Assembly: GCA_963812155.1 (NCBI GenBank)
Contig: CAWETW010000003.1
Location: forward strand, 1,238,544 to 1,302,543
DNA from: Vulcanimicrobiota bacterium
GTDB lineage: Bacteria > Vulcanimicrobiota > Vulcanimicrobiia > Vulcanimicrobiales > Vulcanimicrobiaceae
DNA length: 64,000 nt
Reading direction: 5' to 3'
This document shows, in pieces, positions 51,092 to 61,251 of this stretch (position 1 is the stretch's first letter; each line of letters starts with the position of its first letter). The position numbers were made by a program, and so were the translations under genes. The notes under the pieces were generated by a model. The model saw only the letters and a program-made list of their open reading frames with translations. It made no database searches and was not told where the DNA came from.

Positions 51092-51164
51092 GCCCTGCGG
51101 CACGCCGGCCGCACGGGCTGGTGCTACGATAAGGGCGACTTGCAACGCCTCGAAAGGACGCCCC

Positions 51165-52172
51165 ATGCTCGCTAGCCGGTTGCTGATGCTCATGCTCCTA
51201 GTCGCGCCGTTGACCGCGTGCACACCCTCGACCACGGGCGGCGGGTTCAATCCGCCGGCTGGCCCGCTTTTCCGCACCCACGCCCGCTTGGGGGTACCTT
51301 CCGGGCGACGAGCGTCGTGGTTGAAGCCAAACGCGCAGCGCGAAACGCTCCTCTACGTGACTGAAGGCGGCGGCGTTGGGATTTATTCCAATCCGAGCGG
51401 CGATAATTTCCAACTCGTCGGGGAACTCTTCGGTTTTCAGTTGCCTTCAGGCGCGTGCGTCGATCCCCACGGCAACGTGTTTATCACCGACCAAACGGCG
51501 AAAGACATCGTCGAGTACGCGCACGGCGCAATTACGCCAAAAGCGGTCATCGCCGATTCGTACGGAGAGCCTTACACTTGTTCGATCGATCGAAAAACGG
51601 GCCGGATCGCGGTGCTCAACTTCGCCGATCCCAACGGCAATTATCCAGGCAACGTGCTCGTCTACCCGTCACCGATCGGCACGCCGACCGAGTACACGGC
51701 TTCACAACTGTATATCCCGCTCTTTTCCGCCTTCAATTCAAAGGGAGACTTGTACCTCAACGCTTACGACAGCAGCTATCATGCGACGTTGGCGAAGCTC
51801 CCGAACGGAGCGCCCAGCTTTACGATCCTTACGCTCAGCGGCGGCACGGTAAACATACCCGGCGGCGTCGCGTTCGACGGCTCGCAACTGCTTGCCGGCG
51901 ACTCGTACAATCCAAAGACGCACATCTATCAGGTAACCGTTCATGGCTCAACGGCGACGATCGCGGGCACGATTTCCTTGAGCCAGACGAACACGCTCGG
52001 CGTCTACACTATCTTCATTTCGGGATCCACGACGGCGATAATCGCTCCCGATCCCGACGGCAACAACGTGAAGATCTACTCATATCCGAGCGGCTCGCCA
52101 ATCGGTTCGCTTCCGGGAAGCATCACGTCGCCGTTCGCGGCGGTGATTAGCCAAGGCGCTCCTGCTCAATAA
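51165..52172 (+). CDS. Beta-propeller-like lipoprotein
   Basis: SD AAAGGA, lipobox LTAC, repeats PSGACVDPHGNVFIT, PGGVAFDG. Confidence 0.8.
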   Translation: MLASRLLMLMLLVAPLTACTPSTTGGGFNPPAGPLFRTHARLGVPSGRRASWLKPNAQRETLLYVTEGGGVGIYSNPSGDNFQLVGELFGFQLPSGACVDPHGNVFITDQTAKDIVEYAHGAITPKAVIADSYGEPYTCSIDRKTGRIAVLNFADPNGNYPGNVLVYPSPIGTPTEYTASQLYIPLFSAFNSKGDLYLNAYDSSYHATLAKLPNGAPSFTILTLSGGTVNIPGGVAFDGSQLLAGDSYNPKTHIYQVTVHGSTATIAGTISLSQTNTLGVYTIFISGSTTAIIAPDPDGNNVKIYSYPSGSPIGSLPGSITSPFAAVISQGAPAQ

Positions 52173-52443
52173 CGAGCCGCTACTGGGTATCGGGTGGACG
52201 CGGATCGAGCGGCTGCCGAAGGAAGTCTTGCTTCTTACTCGTTTGAGGGGACGCCCCACCCCCGTTCGTACGCGCGCGCGAGGATGCGGCGACGCACCGA
52301 TGCGCGTCATGCTTATCCTACCACGGCCCGACCGCAAGATAATCGTCATTGCATCGCATCTGCCGTCCATTCGATCGCCGGCCCGGCGAACGACGCGCGG
52401 TTGCAGCCCCCGATCCCGCGCGCATTTGCGGTAGCAATGCTGC

Positions 52444-52486
52444 GCAACCCGATCGCCCGAGCGGGGGACCGCGCCCTCCACGCGAC
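52444..52486. repeat. Island intergenic motif, copy 2
   Basis: GCAACCCGATCGCCC-N20-CACGCGAC. Confidence 0.85.
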
Positions 52487-52648
52487 TGGCGCGGCATGCA
52501 GATTTTTCTTCACGACCGTATCATACGGGTGACGCGTGCCGTCGGCGTGTGGCGCGCACGTCGTGTGTTTACGCGGAATCCGGACGGTTGCGGGCATTTC
52601 TGGGCACGCCAGCAAGGCCGTAACTGCCAACAGCGAACGAGTATCGTC

Positions 52649-54412
52649 ATGACGTGGCGGCCTTGGCTCCTCGCGCTCTGCGCATTTGGACTAGCTCTTA
52701 TGGTTGCGAATGCCGTTACCGATCTGACCGTGAGCGGTACGCTCGGGCTCTCCGGCACGCCGACGACTGCCGCGTTTGTCGATCGGCTCGTGGTCCGCCC
52801 TGGAGGTGCGGCCGCCGAGAGTGGAATCCGAACCGGAGACCTGCTCGATCGGCGCCGGCTCTCGCCGGCGGCGCGCTTCCGGCTCTACTACGGTCCCCGC
52901 GTCGGGGAACCACTCGTGCTGCCGATCGTTCGCAATGGCGTGGAACGCACCGTCACCGTCGTAACGTTTCGCGCCGCCGGCCCCGGTTGGACTGGGTGGC
53001 TATTTTACGTCGGGGGGATCTGGATAGCGCTGTGGTGTGCGCTCATCGCGTGGCGGCGGTCCGAAAGCGCTGAAGCACGCCTATTGACTTTTTATCTTCT
53101 CGGAGTTTTCGTCATAAGCCAAGGATTTGGCGACATCGTCACACCTTGGCCCGTCGTCGATAATATCGGCCTCCTTGTAAAAGGCCTGATCTTCGTGCCC
53201 AGCTTTGTCTTTTTGGCCTTCTACGCCACATGCTACGCAACGCCCGTTTCGGGCGCGCGGCGTGCGCTCGTCGCGCTCGCGATCGCGTTCACTGCCATCG
53301 CGACCGCTCGAGGATTCGTCGTGCGCTTCGAGCTCTGGAATGGGTCGATGAGTCCCTTTACGCCGAGTCTCCTAGTCCGAGCCGATTCTCTGGCCCGACT
53401 TTTCGAGGGTGCGGGAATCCTTGCCGTGATGCTCTCACTCCTGGCAGCACTCGCTGCATCGCGGGGAGCGGAGCGTACGCGACTCCTGTGGGCGCTGGCG
53501 GCCGTGTTTCCGTCTTTGATTTGGGTATTCATCGTGCTCGCGATGGGCGAGCTGTTACCGACCGCCGTGTTCGCAAGCATTTCGGCGCTATCGTGGTTCG
53601 CGATGCCCGCAGTTCTTAGCTATTCGCTGCTCAATCGGCGCCTCTTCGATATAGGATTCGTCTTCAATCGCGCAGCTGTTTTTACGGGTGTCTCCCTTAT
53701 ACTGCTCGGCGCGTTTGTGCTCGTAGAATGGTTGCTTACCGATTGGCTCGGCACCGCCGGCCATGCCACAAACGTGCTCGTTAGCGGAGGTGTCGCGCTT
53801 GCGCTCGGCCTGTCGATTCGATTCGTGCACGGCCGCGTGGATCGCGTCGTCGATCGCGTCTTCTTTCGCAAGCGCCACGAGGACGAGGATGCAATTCGTG
53901 CGTTTGCGCGCGAGGCGCCCTACATCACCGAGCCCGGGCTCCTCGTGCGCCGCGCCGCCGAGACGCTCAATAGCCACACGAATGCAACGTCGGTCGACAT
54001 CGTGCTCCGGTACGACGAGAACGATCCCGCGATGCTCCGCCTGCGCACGATTCCGCACCCTCTCGACCTGCACGGCCTCGAAACTTCACTGCACGGCGAC
54101 ATCGCATTCCCGATGACTGCACGCGGACACTTGCTTGGCGTCGTCGTGCTCGGTGCGCGTCGGTCCGGCGAGACGTACGCACCCGATGAAACGTCGGCGA
54201 TTTCGCAACTCGCGACGAGCCTAGGAGCGTCGCTCGACGTATTCGCAACTCGGAATGGCAAAGCTGGGGTTGAAGATCACGTTGTGGGCTCGATCGATGC
54301 ATTACGTGAAGAGTTGGTATCTGCCATGACCGTTTTAAGAACGGAGCTCCTGGCCGCTAACGAGGGATTACGCGACGAGATCGCGCGGTACGGCGGCGTC
54401 GCGCCGACGTAA
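52649..54412 (+). CDS. Polytopic membrane protein with PDZ-like N-terminus and GAF-like C-terminus
   Basis: VRPGGAAAESGIRTGD, about 9 TM helices, RRLFDIGFVFNRAAVF, FPMTARGHLLGVVVLGARRSGETYAPDE. Confidence 0.75.
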   Translation: MTWRPWLLALCAFGLALMVANAVTDLTVSGTLGLSGTPTTAAFVDRLVVRPGGAAAESGIRTGDLLDRRRLSPAARFRLYYGPRVGEPLVLPIVRNGVERTVTVVTFRAAGPGWTGWLFYVGGIWIALWCALIAWRRSESAEARLLTFYLLGVFVISQGFGDIVTPWPVVDNIGLLVKGLIFVPSFVFLAFYATCYATPVSGARRALVALAIAFTAIATARGFVVRFELWNGSMSPFTPSLLVRADSLARLFEGAGILAVMLSLLAALAASRGAERTRLLWALAAVFPSLIWVFIVLAMGELLPTAVFASISALSWFAMPAVLSYSLLNRRLFDIGFVFNRAAVFTGVSLILLGAFVLVEWLLTDWLGTAGHATNVLVSGGVALALGLSIRFVHGRVDRVVDRVFFRKRHEDEDAIRAFAREAPYITEPGLLVRRAAETLNSHTNATSVDIVLRYDENDPAMLRLRTIPHPLDLHGLETSLHGDIAFPMTARGHLLGVVVLGARRSGETYAPDETSAISQLATSLGASLDVFATRNGKAGVEDHVVGSIDALREELVSAMTVLRTELLAANEGLRDEIARYGGVAPT

Positions 54413-54638
54413 TGCGGCTACGGCGCCGCAAGCCGCTCTTGACCTGCCCCCGGGCCGTGTTCCGACGGCAGAAACTGCCGTCAAGAGCGGGCATCTCATA
54501 CGGGGTATGGCGCACCGCGTTTGTCTCGCGCGTGCGCGCGCGATAGACGCAAGAGAACAGTGGTTCCATCGCATTGGCGGCTGTGTTCCACCCGGCATTG
54601 TATCTGCGCCCCGCAGTGGGCCACAAACCGCCGGACGA

Positions 54639-54681
54639 GCAACCCGATCGCCCCAACGCCATACCGGCACATTCACGCGAC
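54639..54681. repeat. Island intergenic motif, copy 3
   Basis: GCAACCCGATCGCCC-N20-CACGCGAC. Confidence 0.85.
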
Positions 54682-54843
54682 TCGTTCCGAGGTTCGTCGG
54701 GACAAAAATTATCCGAACAAGAATTGTCGGACCCACGGAAACCGCAAGCAACAAATTGCGGCATTCAAGTTCGTAGCACGGGAAGAAATACGAACGAGCG
54801 CAGGGCCGCGCGGCCGTGAGCGGCTTGATTCACACGACGACCG

Positions 54844-57360
54844 CTACTGAATCCCCATTGCCGCGGTGAACATCGCTTGCGCGAGCTGCTTGCGCTGCGC
54901 TTGCGAGATCTTCATCGCTCCTGTGTGAAACGTAACCTTTGCGATGGTTCCGGTGAAGGCGTTTGGAACGGTGTAGCCGGAGTCCACCGTCGTGACGTTA
55001 TCTTCGCCGACGTCGAGGCCATCGGTCCACGGCATAACAAACGGAATGGTGTGCTCGATGCGCCGGCTAGCGACCGTATTTCCGTCCACGCTGAGGGTCC
55101 CCGTGCCGCCCTTCCCAAAGCCGCCGCCGTCGTAGACGAACTGGAAGGCAACGGTATGATGCCCCGGCGCGAGCGCGTTGGCTCCCGTCCAGCGCGTCGT
55201 TTCGAGTTCCAGGAAGTTATACGAGAAGGCCGGTTTGCCGCGGTTCACCCAGAGCGAGTATCCGCCGAACCGCCCGCCGGATGAGACGATCACGCCGTTG
55301 GCTCCGCCCGACGGAATCGTCACGTCGCCTTCGATCGTGTAGTCGCGGTCGAGAACGCTGGGCTGATCGATCTGATACAGCCCAATGATGCCCGGATGAT
55401 AGACGACCGTGCTGCGTCCGGCGATGAGACTCGGCCGGCCGGCGAAGGGGCTTGGCGTATTATCGAGCGGGAAGACGTTGTTCTTCTCTGCTTCGCTTAC
55501 GAACAGATCCTGAAGCTCCTTGAGCTTTGCCGGATTTTGGCTTTGCACGTCCGCATACTCGGTCCAGTCGTCTTCGGGAGCGACGTGGTAGAGGTGCCAC
55601 TTTAACGTTTCCCAGAGATCCACGGTCGGCTTGTTGGTCACCATCAGCCACGGAATCGCGTGCGGCTCGGCCGCCGCGACCCAGCCGTCGTTATAGATTC
55701 CAGGCGTGCCGAACATCTCGAAGTACTGCGTGTGATGCGTCGAAGGCGCGTTCGCGTTCGCCTTGTCGAAGGTATAGTTGAAGGCGACGCCCTCAATGGG
55801 CTTCTGCTTCACGCCGTCGACCATCTCGGGCTGAACGATCCCTGCCGCCTCGAGAATCGTCGGAACGACGTCGATGACGTGAGCGAACTGCGAGCGGAGG
55901 CCGCCGGGATCGTTGATGTGCCCCGGCCACTCAACGATCATGCCGTTTTTGGTGCCGCCAAAATAGGATGCAACCTGTTTTGTCCACTTAAACGGTGTGT
56001 CCAGCGCCCAAGCCCATGCAACGGGGAAGTGCGGATAGGTGTATTGCGATCCCCAAAGGGGGCCAAACCTCGGCCAGAACTTCTGCACGGTCGGATAAAC
56101 GCCGTTAAAAGCCATGAATTCGCTCGGCGTTCCGTCCATCGTGCCCTCGGCGCTCGCACCATTATCGCCATGAATGTAGAAGATCAGCGTGTTGTTGTAG
56201 CGACCCGTGTCCTTCAGCGCTTGAATAACGCGACCGATCTCATGGTCCGTCTCTGCCAGATACGCCGCGTAGACCTCCATTTCGTGGGAGTACGCCTTCT
56301 TCTGATAGGGCGTGAGCGTGTTCCAGTGCGGTAGGCTGATGCCGGAGTAGCCCGCGTCGGCGTAATCGGGAGATTTTGCATCGGGCCACGGCGTAAGCTT
56401 CGCGTTCTTGGGAATGGTGCCCAGCGCTTGCTGCCGCTTGAACGCCATCTCCCGATAGGCGTCCCAACCCATGTCGAACTTGCCTTTCATTTTGGCGATC
56501 CACTCGGGCGTCGGCTGATGCGGCGAATGCGTCCCGCCGGGACAGTAATACATGAAGACCGGCTGCTGCGGCTTGAGGTCGTTGATCCGTTTCACCCACG
56601 AAACCGCTTTGTCGGCGAGATCGATGTTGAGGTTATAGTGCGGGTGGCCGTATTCGGGAAAGATCTGATTGACGTTTTCGTAGAGCGTCGGATGCCACTG
56701 ATCCATATCGCCGCCGATAAAGCCGTAGTAATAATCGAAGCCCATGCCGATCGGCCACTGGTCCTTGGGACCCGCCGGCGTTGCCTCCCACAGCGGTACG
56801 TTATGATCCTTGCCGAACCAGGCCGTCGCGTAACCATTGGCCTGCAAGATGCGCGCGACACTGACGTTGTCTTTGCCGATATTTGAGTCGTAGCCGGGGA
56901 ATCCGGTGGCAACTTCGGCGATCTGCTCGAAGCCGACCGCACCGTGATTGCGCCCGGTGATCAGCGCGGCACGGGTGGGCGAGCACAGCGACGTTGTGTG
57001 AAAGTTGTTAAAGCGTAAGCCTTCGCGAGCCAGCCCGTCGGAGACCGGCGTTGGAATGAGGCCGCCGAACGTGCTGTTCGCAGCAAAGCCTTCATCGTCG
57101 ATCAGGACCAAAAGGACGTTGGGCGAGCCCTTTTTTGGCGCGATCGCCGGCGCCCACCACGCCGTCGATTTCGCTACGTCCTTGTTGATGACGCCGCCGA
57201 ACGTCGGCCCCGGCGCTGGAATCACGGTACTCTGACTAACGTCGCGCGTCGCAAGCAGCGACGCCATGTCGGTTTTGACGATGCCGTTCCATTGCTCGGC
57301 ACCCACGGCGATTGCCGCAGCGGCAAGTACGGCCAATCCGACAATGGTAATGCGTTTCAT
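54844..57360 (-). CDS. Secreted arylsulfatase (Cys-type)
   Basis: PNVLLVLIDDEG, LCSPTRAALITG (CxPxR), FGKDH, GDNGAS; SD AAGGAG. Confidence 0.93.
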   Translation of the reverse strand: MKRITIVGLAVLAAAAIAVGAEQWNGIVKTDMASLLATRDVSQSTVIPAPGPTFGGVINKDVAKSTAWWAPAIAPKKGSPNVLLVLIDDEGFAANSTFGGLIPTPVSDGLAREGLRFNNFHTTSLCSPTRAALITGRNHGAVGFEQIAEVATGFPGYDSNIGKDNVSVARILQANGYATAWFGKDHNVPLWEATPAGPKDQWPIGMGFDYYYGFIGGDMDQWHPTLYENVNQIFPEYGHPHYNLNIDLADKAVSWVKRINDLKPQQPVFMYYCPGGTHSPHQPTPEWIAKMKGKFDMGWDAYREMAFKRQQALGTIPKNAKLTPWPDAKSPDYADAGYSGISLPHWNTLTPYQKKAYSHEMEVYAAYLAETDHEIGRVIQALKDTGRYNNTLIFYIHGDNGASAEGTMDGTPSEFMAFNGVYPTVQKFWPRFGPLWGSQYTYPHFPVAWAWALDTPFKWTKQVASYFGGTKNGMIVEWPGHINDPGGLRSQFAHVIDVVPTILEAAGIVQPEMVDGVKQKPIEGVAFNYTFDKANANAPSTHHTQYFEMFGTPGIYNDGWVAAAEPHAIPWLMVTNKPTVDLWETLKWHLYHVAPEDDWTEYADVQSQNPAKLKELQDLFVSEAEKNNVFPLDNTPSPFAGRPSLIAGRSTVVYHPGIIGLYQIDQPSVLDRDYTIEGDVTIPSGGANGVIVSSGGRFGGYSLWVNRGKPAFSYNFLELETTRWTGANALAPGHHTVAFQFVYDGGGFGKGGTGTLSVDGNTVASRRIEHTIPFVMPWTDGLDVGEDNVTTVDSGYTVPNAFTGTIAKVTFHTGAMKISQAQRKQLAQAMFTAAMGIQ

Positions 57361-57731
57361 GCGATCGCTCCTTGTTCGTACATGAAAATGATCTCGGCCG
57401 GCGCGCGATCTTGGTGTAGCAACTGCACCATGACCGCCATGCGAAAACGGCTGCCCGGATAGAGCATCTCTTTCGAGTGAAAGAAGCAGTAGGAGCAGTC
57501 GAGGTGCAGTGGCACCGGTCGGCTTTGCCAGCAAATGGAAGCCGGGAATGGGTTTTGTCTCCGAGTCGCAACCTGACCGGGACCGCCATTGGCCCTATCC
57601 TAGCAGACGAGCGGTTCCTATGGCTAGGCCCGGTTTAAAACGTGCGTTATGGCTCCCCCGGAAGGCGGGGAACCGCCGTCGGAACGCTGGCGGAGGCCTG
57701 TGCGCGGGTTGCGGGAATCATTTTCGGAGCG

Positions 57732-58826
57732 ATGGCGTTGCGAATTAGCCTCCGCTTCAGCCCCGCCCCCGCCGTAGTTGTTTTAGCGCTCGGCCTAACA
57801 GCGTGCGCGAATCAGCCATCGGCGTCGCAGCCCGAGTCGCCGTTCCAGCCGACCGTTCCGAATGCAGCCCATCTGGTCGGGAGTGCCCCCGCGGGTATGG
57901 ATTGGGTTCCGGGCGGAACCTTCTCGATGGGTGCCGCGCGGATGTCCGGCTTCAACGACGTTGCGATGAAAGCGACCGAAGACTCGCGGCCGATCCACCG
58001 TGTACACGTTCACAGTTTCTGGATGGACAAGACCGACGTTACAAACGCCGAGTTTGCAAAATTCGTCAACACAACCGGCTACCGCACCATCGCCGAACGG
58101 AGGCCGAACCCTGCAGACTTTCCGGGCGTTCCACTCCAAGATCTCGTGCCCGGCGGCCTCGTCTTCACGCCGCCCAAGCATCCGGTGGCGCTCGACGACG
58201 ACTCGCAATGGTGGGCGTACGTCCGAGGAGCGGACTGGCGGCATCCGCAGGGACCGAACAGCTCGATAGTAGGTCGCCAACGATACCCCGTCGTGCAGAT
58301 CGCTTACGAAGACGCCGTCGCCTACGCACGCTGGGCCGGCAAGCGTCTCCCAACGGAAGCGGAGTGGGAGTTTGCCGCGCGCGGGGGATTGACCGGGAAG
58401 CTCTACGCTTGGGGCGACAGCTTCATGCCGGCGGGCAAGTTGATGGCGAATACGTTCCACGGTCATTTCCCAGATCGGAGCAGTGCACCGGACGGATACG
58501 TCGGAACTTCGCCGGTCGCTCTGTATCCGCCAAATGGCTATGGCTTGTACGACATGTCGGGCAACGTGTGGCAATGGGTCAGCGATTGGTACGACCCCAC
58601 GTATTACGCGAGCATCGCGAACGGCGTTGCGATCGATCCAAAGGGGCCGCGCATGCCGTACGATCCGGCGGAGCCCGGAACGCGCAAGCGCGTGCAGCGC
58701 GGCGGCTCCTTTCTGTGTACGGATCAGTTCTGTTCGCGTTACATGGTTGGAACGCGTGGCAAAGGAGACGTCAACTCGAGCTGGGACCACGTAGGCTTCA
58801 GGTGCGTTAAGACCCCAAGACAATGA
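57732..58826 (+). CDS. Formylglycine-generating enzyme family (SUMF1) lipoprotein
   Basis: GGTFSMG, RLPTEAEWEFAARGG, PNGYGLYDMSGNVWQW, RGGSFLCTDQFCSRY, HVGFRC. Confidence 0.92.
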   Translation: MALRISLRFSPAPAVVVLALGLTACANQPSASQPESPFQPTVPNAAHLVGSAPAGMDWVPGGTFSMGAARMSGFNDVAMKATEDSRPIHRVHVHSFWMDKTDVTNAEFAKFVNTTGYRTIAERRPNPADFPGVPLQDLVPGGLVFTPPKHPVALDDDSQWWAYVRGADWRHPQGPNSSIVGRQRYPVVQIAYEDAVAYARWAGKRLPTEAEWEFAARGGLTGKLYAWGDSFMPAGKLMANTFHGHFPDRSSAPDGYVGTSPVALYPPNGYGLYDMSGNVWQWVSDWYDPTYYASIANGVAIDPKGPRMPYDPAEPGTRKRVQRGGSFLCTDQFCSRYMVGTRGKGDVNSSWDHVGFRCVKTPRQ

Positions 58827-59136
58827 AGAAGAAGCTCGCCGTAAGTGCTTCAAAGACTGACCGCCAATCGAGTTTAGGAGCGACTTCGCGCAGAAACCAC
58901 GCCCGATCGTGTTTTTCGTTTCTTGGGATGGCGCCTGCAGAACCACCAAAACTGTCGACCGGGCAGGTCGTGTCAAGGTCCAGACTAGCGGTAATCAAAC
59001 CGTGCACCGGGTCCCGCCCAGGCATATCCAGAGACTCATGCCGGCCGGCGGCGACTTCAGGACGCATCAGGGGTTTCGCTCGGATCGAACCCGTTGGGCT
59101 CCCCCCAGGCGACGGTCCGAACCTCGAATGACGACT

Positions 59137-60516
59137 CTAGTCGGCCTTCGATGCGCGGTTACGAACGTACGAATTAAGACGAATAGACAGCTCCCCGCGT
59201 TGCTTTGTTCGTATACTTTCGTATGTTCGTAGAGGTACCGCGACCGCCAGCATCCGATCGCGGCCGCCGGTCTCTTGCGGGACAATTTCTATGAGGCCAG
59301 CTCTTTGCAGAGCGCGGCGGGCGACGTCGAGACGGCTGGCCGGAACATTGCGGCCAAAAATCTCGTGTTGCTGTTTGCCGGTGAGCGCTTCTGGATACGC
59401 ATCGCGCAAAGCGCTGAGGAGTTGGTCCTGCACACGATCGCCGCGCAACGTACCGAAGATATGCTCCGCGGAGGCGGCGCAATAACGCCAGGTCGCTTCG
59501 GCCGCGAGGATATGTTCCGCACGTACGATCTCGGAGCAGTCCAAGAGCGCGTACGCTACGGACAGCCGAAGTCGCTGTGCCGCCGATCGACTCGTGATCG
59601 CTCCCACCGCGCCGTCACGATCGGGTTCGCAGTTGTAGAACTCCTCCCAGACCGCTTCAGCTTCGGGGCTGCGTTGAAGTTCACGAAGGTGGTGAGCGAA
59701 TCGCATCGTCTCGTTGAGTCGCCGGCCAAACTCTCCGACCAGTGCGGGATCGAGCGGCTTCGGTGACGCAATTCGGCGGCTACGTCGAACACAAGCGAAA
59801 AGTACGCGGTTTGCAAAGCCGCCGGCGATGTCGGTGGGAGCAAGCTTCGCGATGAGTTCCTCGGGCGTCACGTGCGCAAGGAGCGAGAGGTGCGCTCCTT
59901 CGGCGAGCATTTCTTTCTGGATCGAAATCCGGTGAAGCCGCGACTCGTCCCACGCTTGCCGGAAAATCTGCGATGCCGTACTTCCGTCGCGTCCGTTGAC
60001 GACCAACAACCGACCAAACTCAGTCTCGATGACAAAGGCTCTCTTTTCGATGGGTTCGTCTTGGTCCCGGCGTAAAGATCCATTGATTCGCGCGATGATG
60101 GCCTCGCCGGATGCAAACCCGTTGACGCGGGCAGACTCGAACCAGCTTGCGTCGGCGGCGCGAAGAATCGGGCGCACCGCCGCGAGTGAGGTCCCCTTGC
60201 CCCCCGATGCCGTAGTGCCGACGAGGGCAACGAAAAGCTTTGGCGGATGCTCGTCATCGTCTACAAGCGCACGTGACGCGGCGCCGGCCGCATTCCCAAA
60301 TGCGCACAAAACTGTGAGTAGTAGCGCGACTGGATCTGCCTCGGTGTTCGGCGCGATCGCGTTCACGATTTCGCCGGCGAGCCCGTAAAGCGCCGCGCGG
60401 TCGAGCGTCGGCCATGGGTAGACATCGCCCCATTCGGGCCCTTCGTGACTGCGGTCATTCGCCTGTGAGTCGATCACGCGGAGCTGCTCATGGATATCCG
60501 CAGCGTTTGCGCTCAC
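59137..60516 (-). CDS. DUF3987/YfjI-like replication ATPase (primase-helicase associated)
   Basis: ALYGLAGEIV..IAPNTEADP, Walker-like GTTASGGKGTS, GFASGEAI, EFG, AWD, GGFANR, C-terminal winged helix. Confidence 0.8.
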   Translation of the reverse strand: MSANAADIHEQLRVIDSQANDRSHEGPEWGDVYPWPTLDRAALYGLAGEIVNAIAPNTEADPVALLLTVLCAFGNAAGAASRALVDDDEHPPKLFVALVGTTASGGKGTSLAAVRPILRAADASWFESARVNGFASGEAIIARINGSLRRDQDEPIEKRAFVIETEFGRLLVVNGRDGSTASQIFRQAWDESRLHRISIQKEMLAEGAHLSLLAHVTPEELIAKLAPTDIAGGFANRVLFACVRRSRRIASPKPLDPALVGEFGRRLNETMRFAHHLRELQRSPEAEAVWEEFYNCEPDRDGAVGAITSRSAAQRLRLSVAYALLDCSEIVRAEHILAAEATWRYCAASAEHIFGTLRGDRVQDQLLSALRDAYPEALTGKQQHEIFGRNVPASRLDVARRALQRAGLIEIVPQETGGRDRMLAVAVPLRTYESIRTKQRGELSIRLNSYVRNRASKAD

Positions 60517-61064
60517 AGAGCTTGACCTCGCGCAATTCCGACGGCGAGAAGACCGATGGCAACACGCCAGTAGCGTAACCGCTGTTCGTGCTGTCGTTGA
60601 AGCTCTTGAAGTACCGCCGCGCGCGCCGAAGCCCAAGCAGAAAGCACCGCCGGATTTTCTAAGTCTTCGGCTGTGGGCAATTCGCCTCGTTCAGCCCGTG
60701 CAAAAGCATCGCGAGCGTCGAACGCCCCATCCGATGCGAGCAACCAATACGATTCTAGCCGGCTTCGGTACTCGGCTGGGTCCGCGAGCGCAAGCGTCTG
60801 CGGGTCATCCACAGCGCTCTGTTGCTCACCGCGCATGGCGCCGAGAGCCCGGAGCAACGAAAGAAGAATATTAAACTTGCCCTTTGGCGTAATGTTGCTC
60901 CGGCAGACGATGCCTTCGCCCACGTCGAGCGCCCAATCCACCGCTCTTGACGACGACGAGTTGGGTGGTCTGCAGCGATAGGGCTTCGCCATGAAACCTG
61001 GAATCGCAGTAACGCTCGGGAAGGCCGGCATCTTTGGCGGGGTGCCGGTTTTCGCTTGGTTCAT
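60513..61064 (-). CDS. Hypothetical protein of the element replication module
   Basis: SD AGGTG; starts just after the xis stop and overlaps the DUF3987 start (GTGA). Confidence 0.5.
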   Translation of the reverse strand: MNQAKTGTPPKMPAFPSVTAIPGFMAKPYRCRPPNSSSSRAVDWALDVGEGIVCRSNITPKGKFNILLSLLRALGAMRGEQQSAVDDPQTLALADPAEYRSRLESYWLLASDGAFDARDAFARAERGELPTAEDLENPAVLSAWASARAAVLQELQRQHEQRLRYWRVAIGLLAVGIARGQAL

Positions 61065-61065
61065 G

Positions 61066-61251
61066 TCACCTGATCTCGCTTTCTTCGGCATCGACGCCGA
61101 GGAGTCGCAACAAGGGATGCCGCGGAATACGAACGAGCCGCCCAACCAAGAGCGAAGGAATCGTCTTGTCACGAACCGCACGGCGGATCGCGTGCTCCGA
61201 CAAGCCGGTTAGGCTTGCAGCTTCAGCGACGCTGACGGTAAGTGGTTTCAC
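61066..61251 (-). CDS. Excisionase-type HTH DNA-binding protein
   Basis: LTVSVAEAASLTGLSEHAIRRAVRDKTIPSLLVGRLVRIPR (HTH_17 pattern); GTG overlaps the XRE stop. Confidence 0.85.
   Translation of the reverse strand: MKPLTVSVAEAASLTGLSEHAIRRAVRDKTIPSLLVGRLVRIPRHPLLRLLGVDAEESEIR

Noticed and set aside
51049..54681. Repeat motif as CRISPR array or integron attC
   Set aside because: Copies are 1.4-2.2 kb apart, there are no cas genes, and I saw no RYYYAAC...GTTRRRY palindromic attC structure or IntI-type insertion.
58827..59136. Fourth copy of the island motif or a small gene
   Set aside because: Only CCCGATCG matches, the second box is absent, and the ORFs lack recognisable features.
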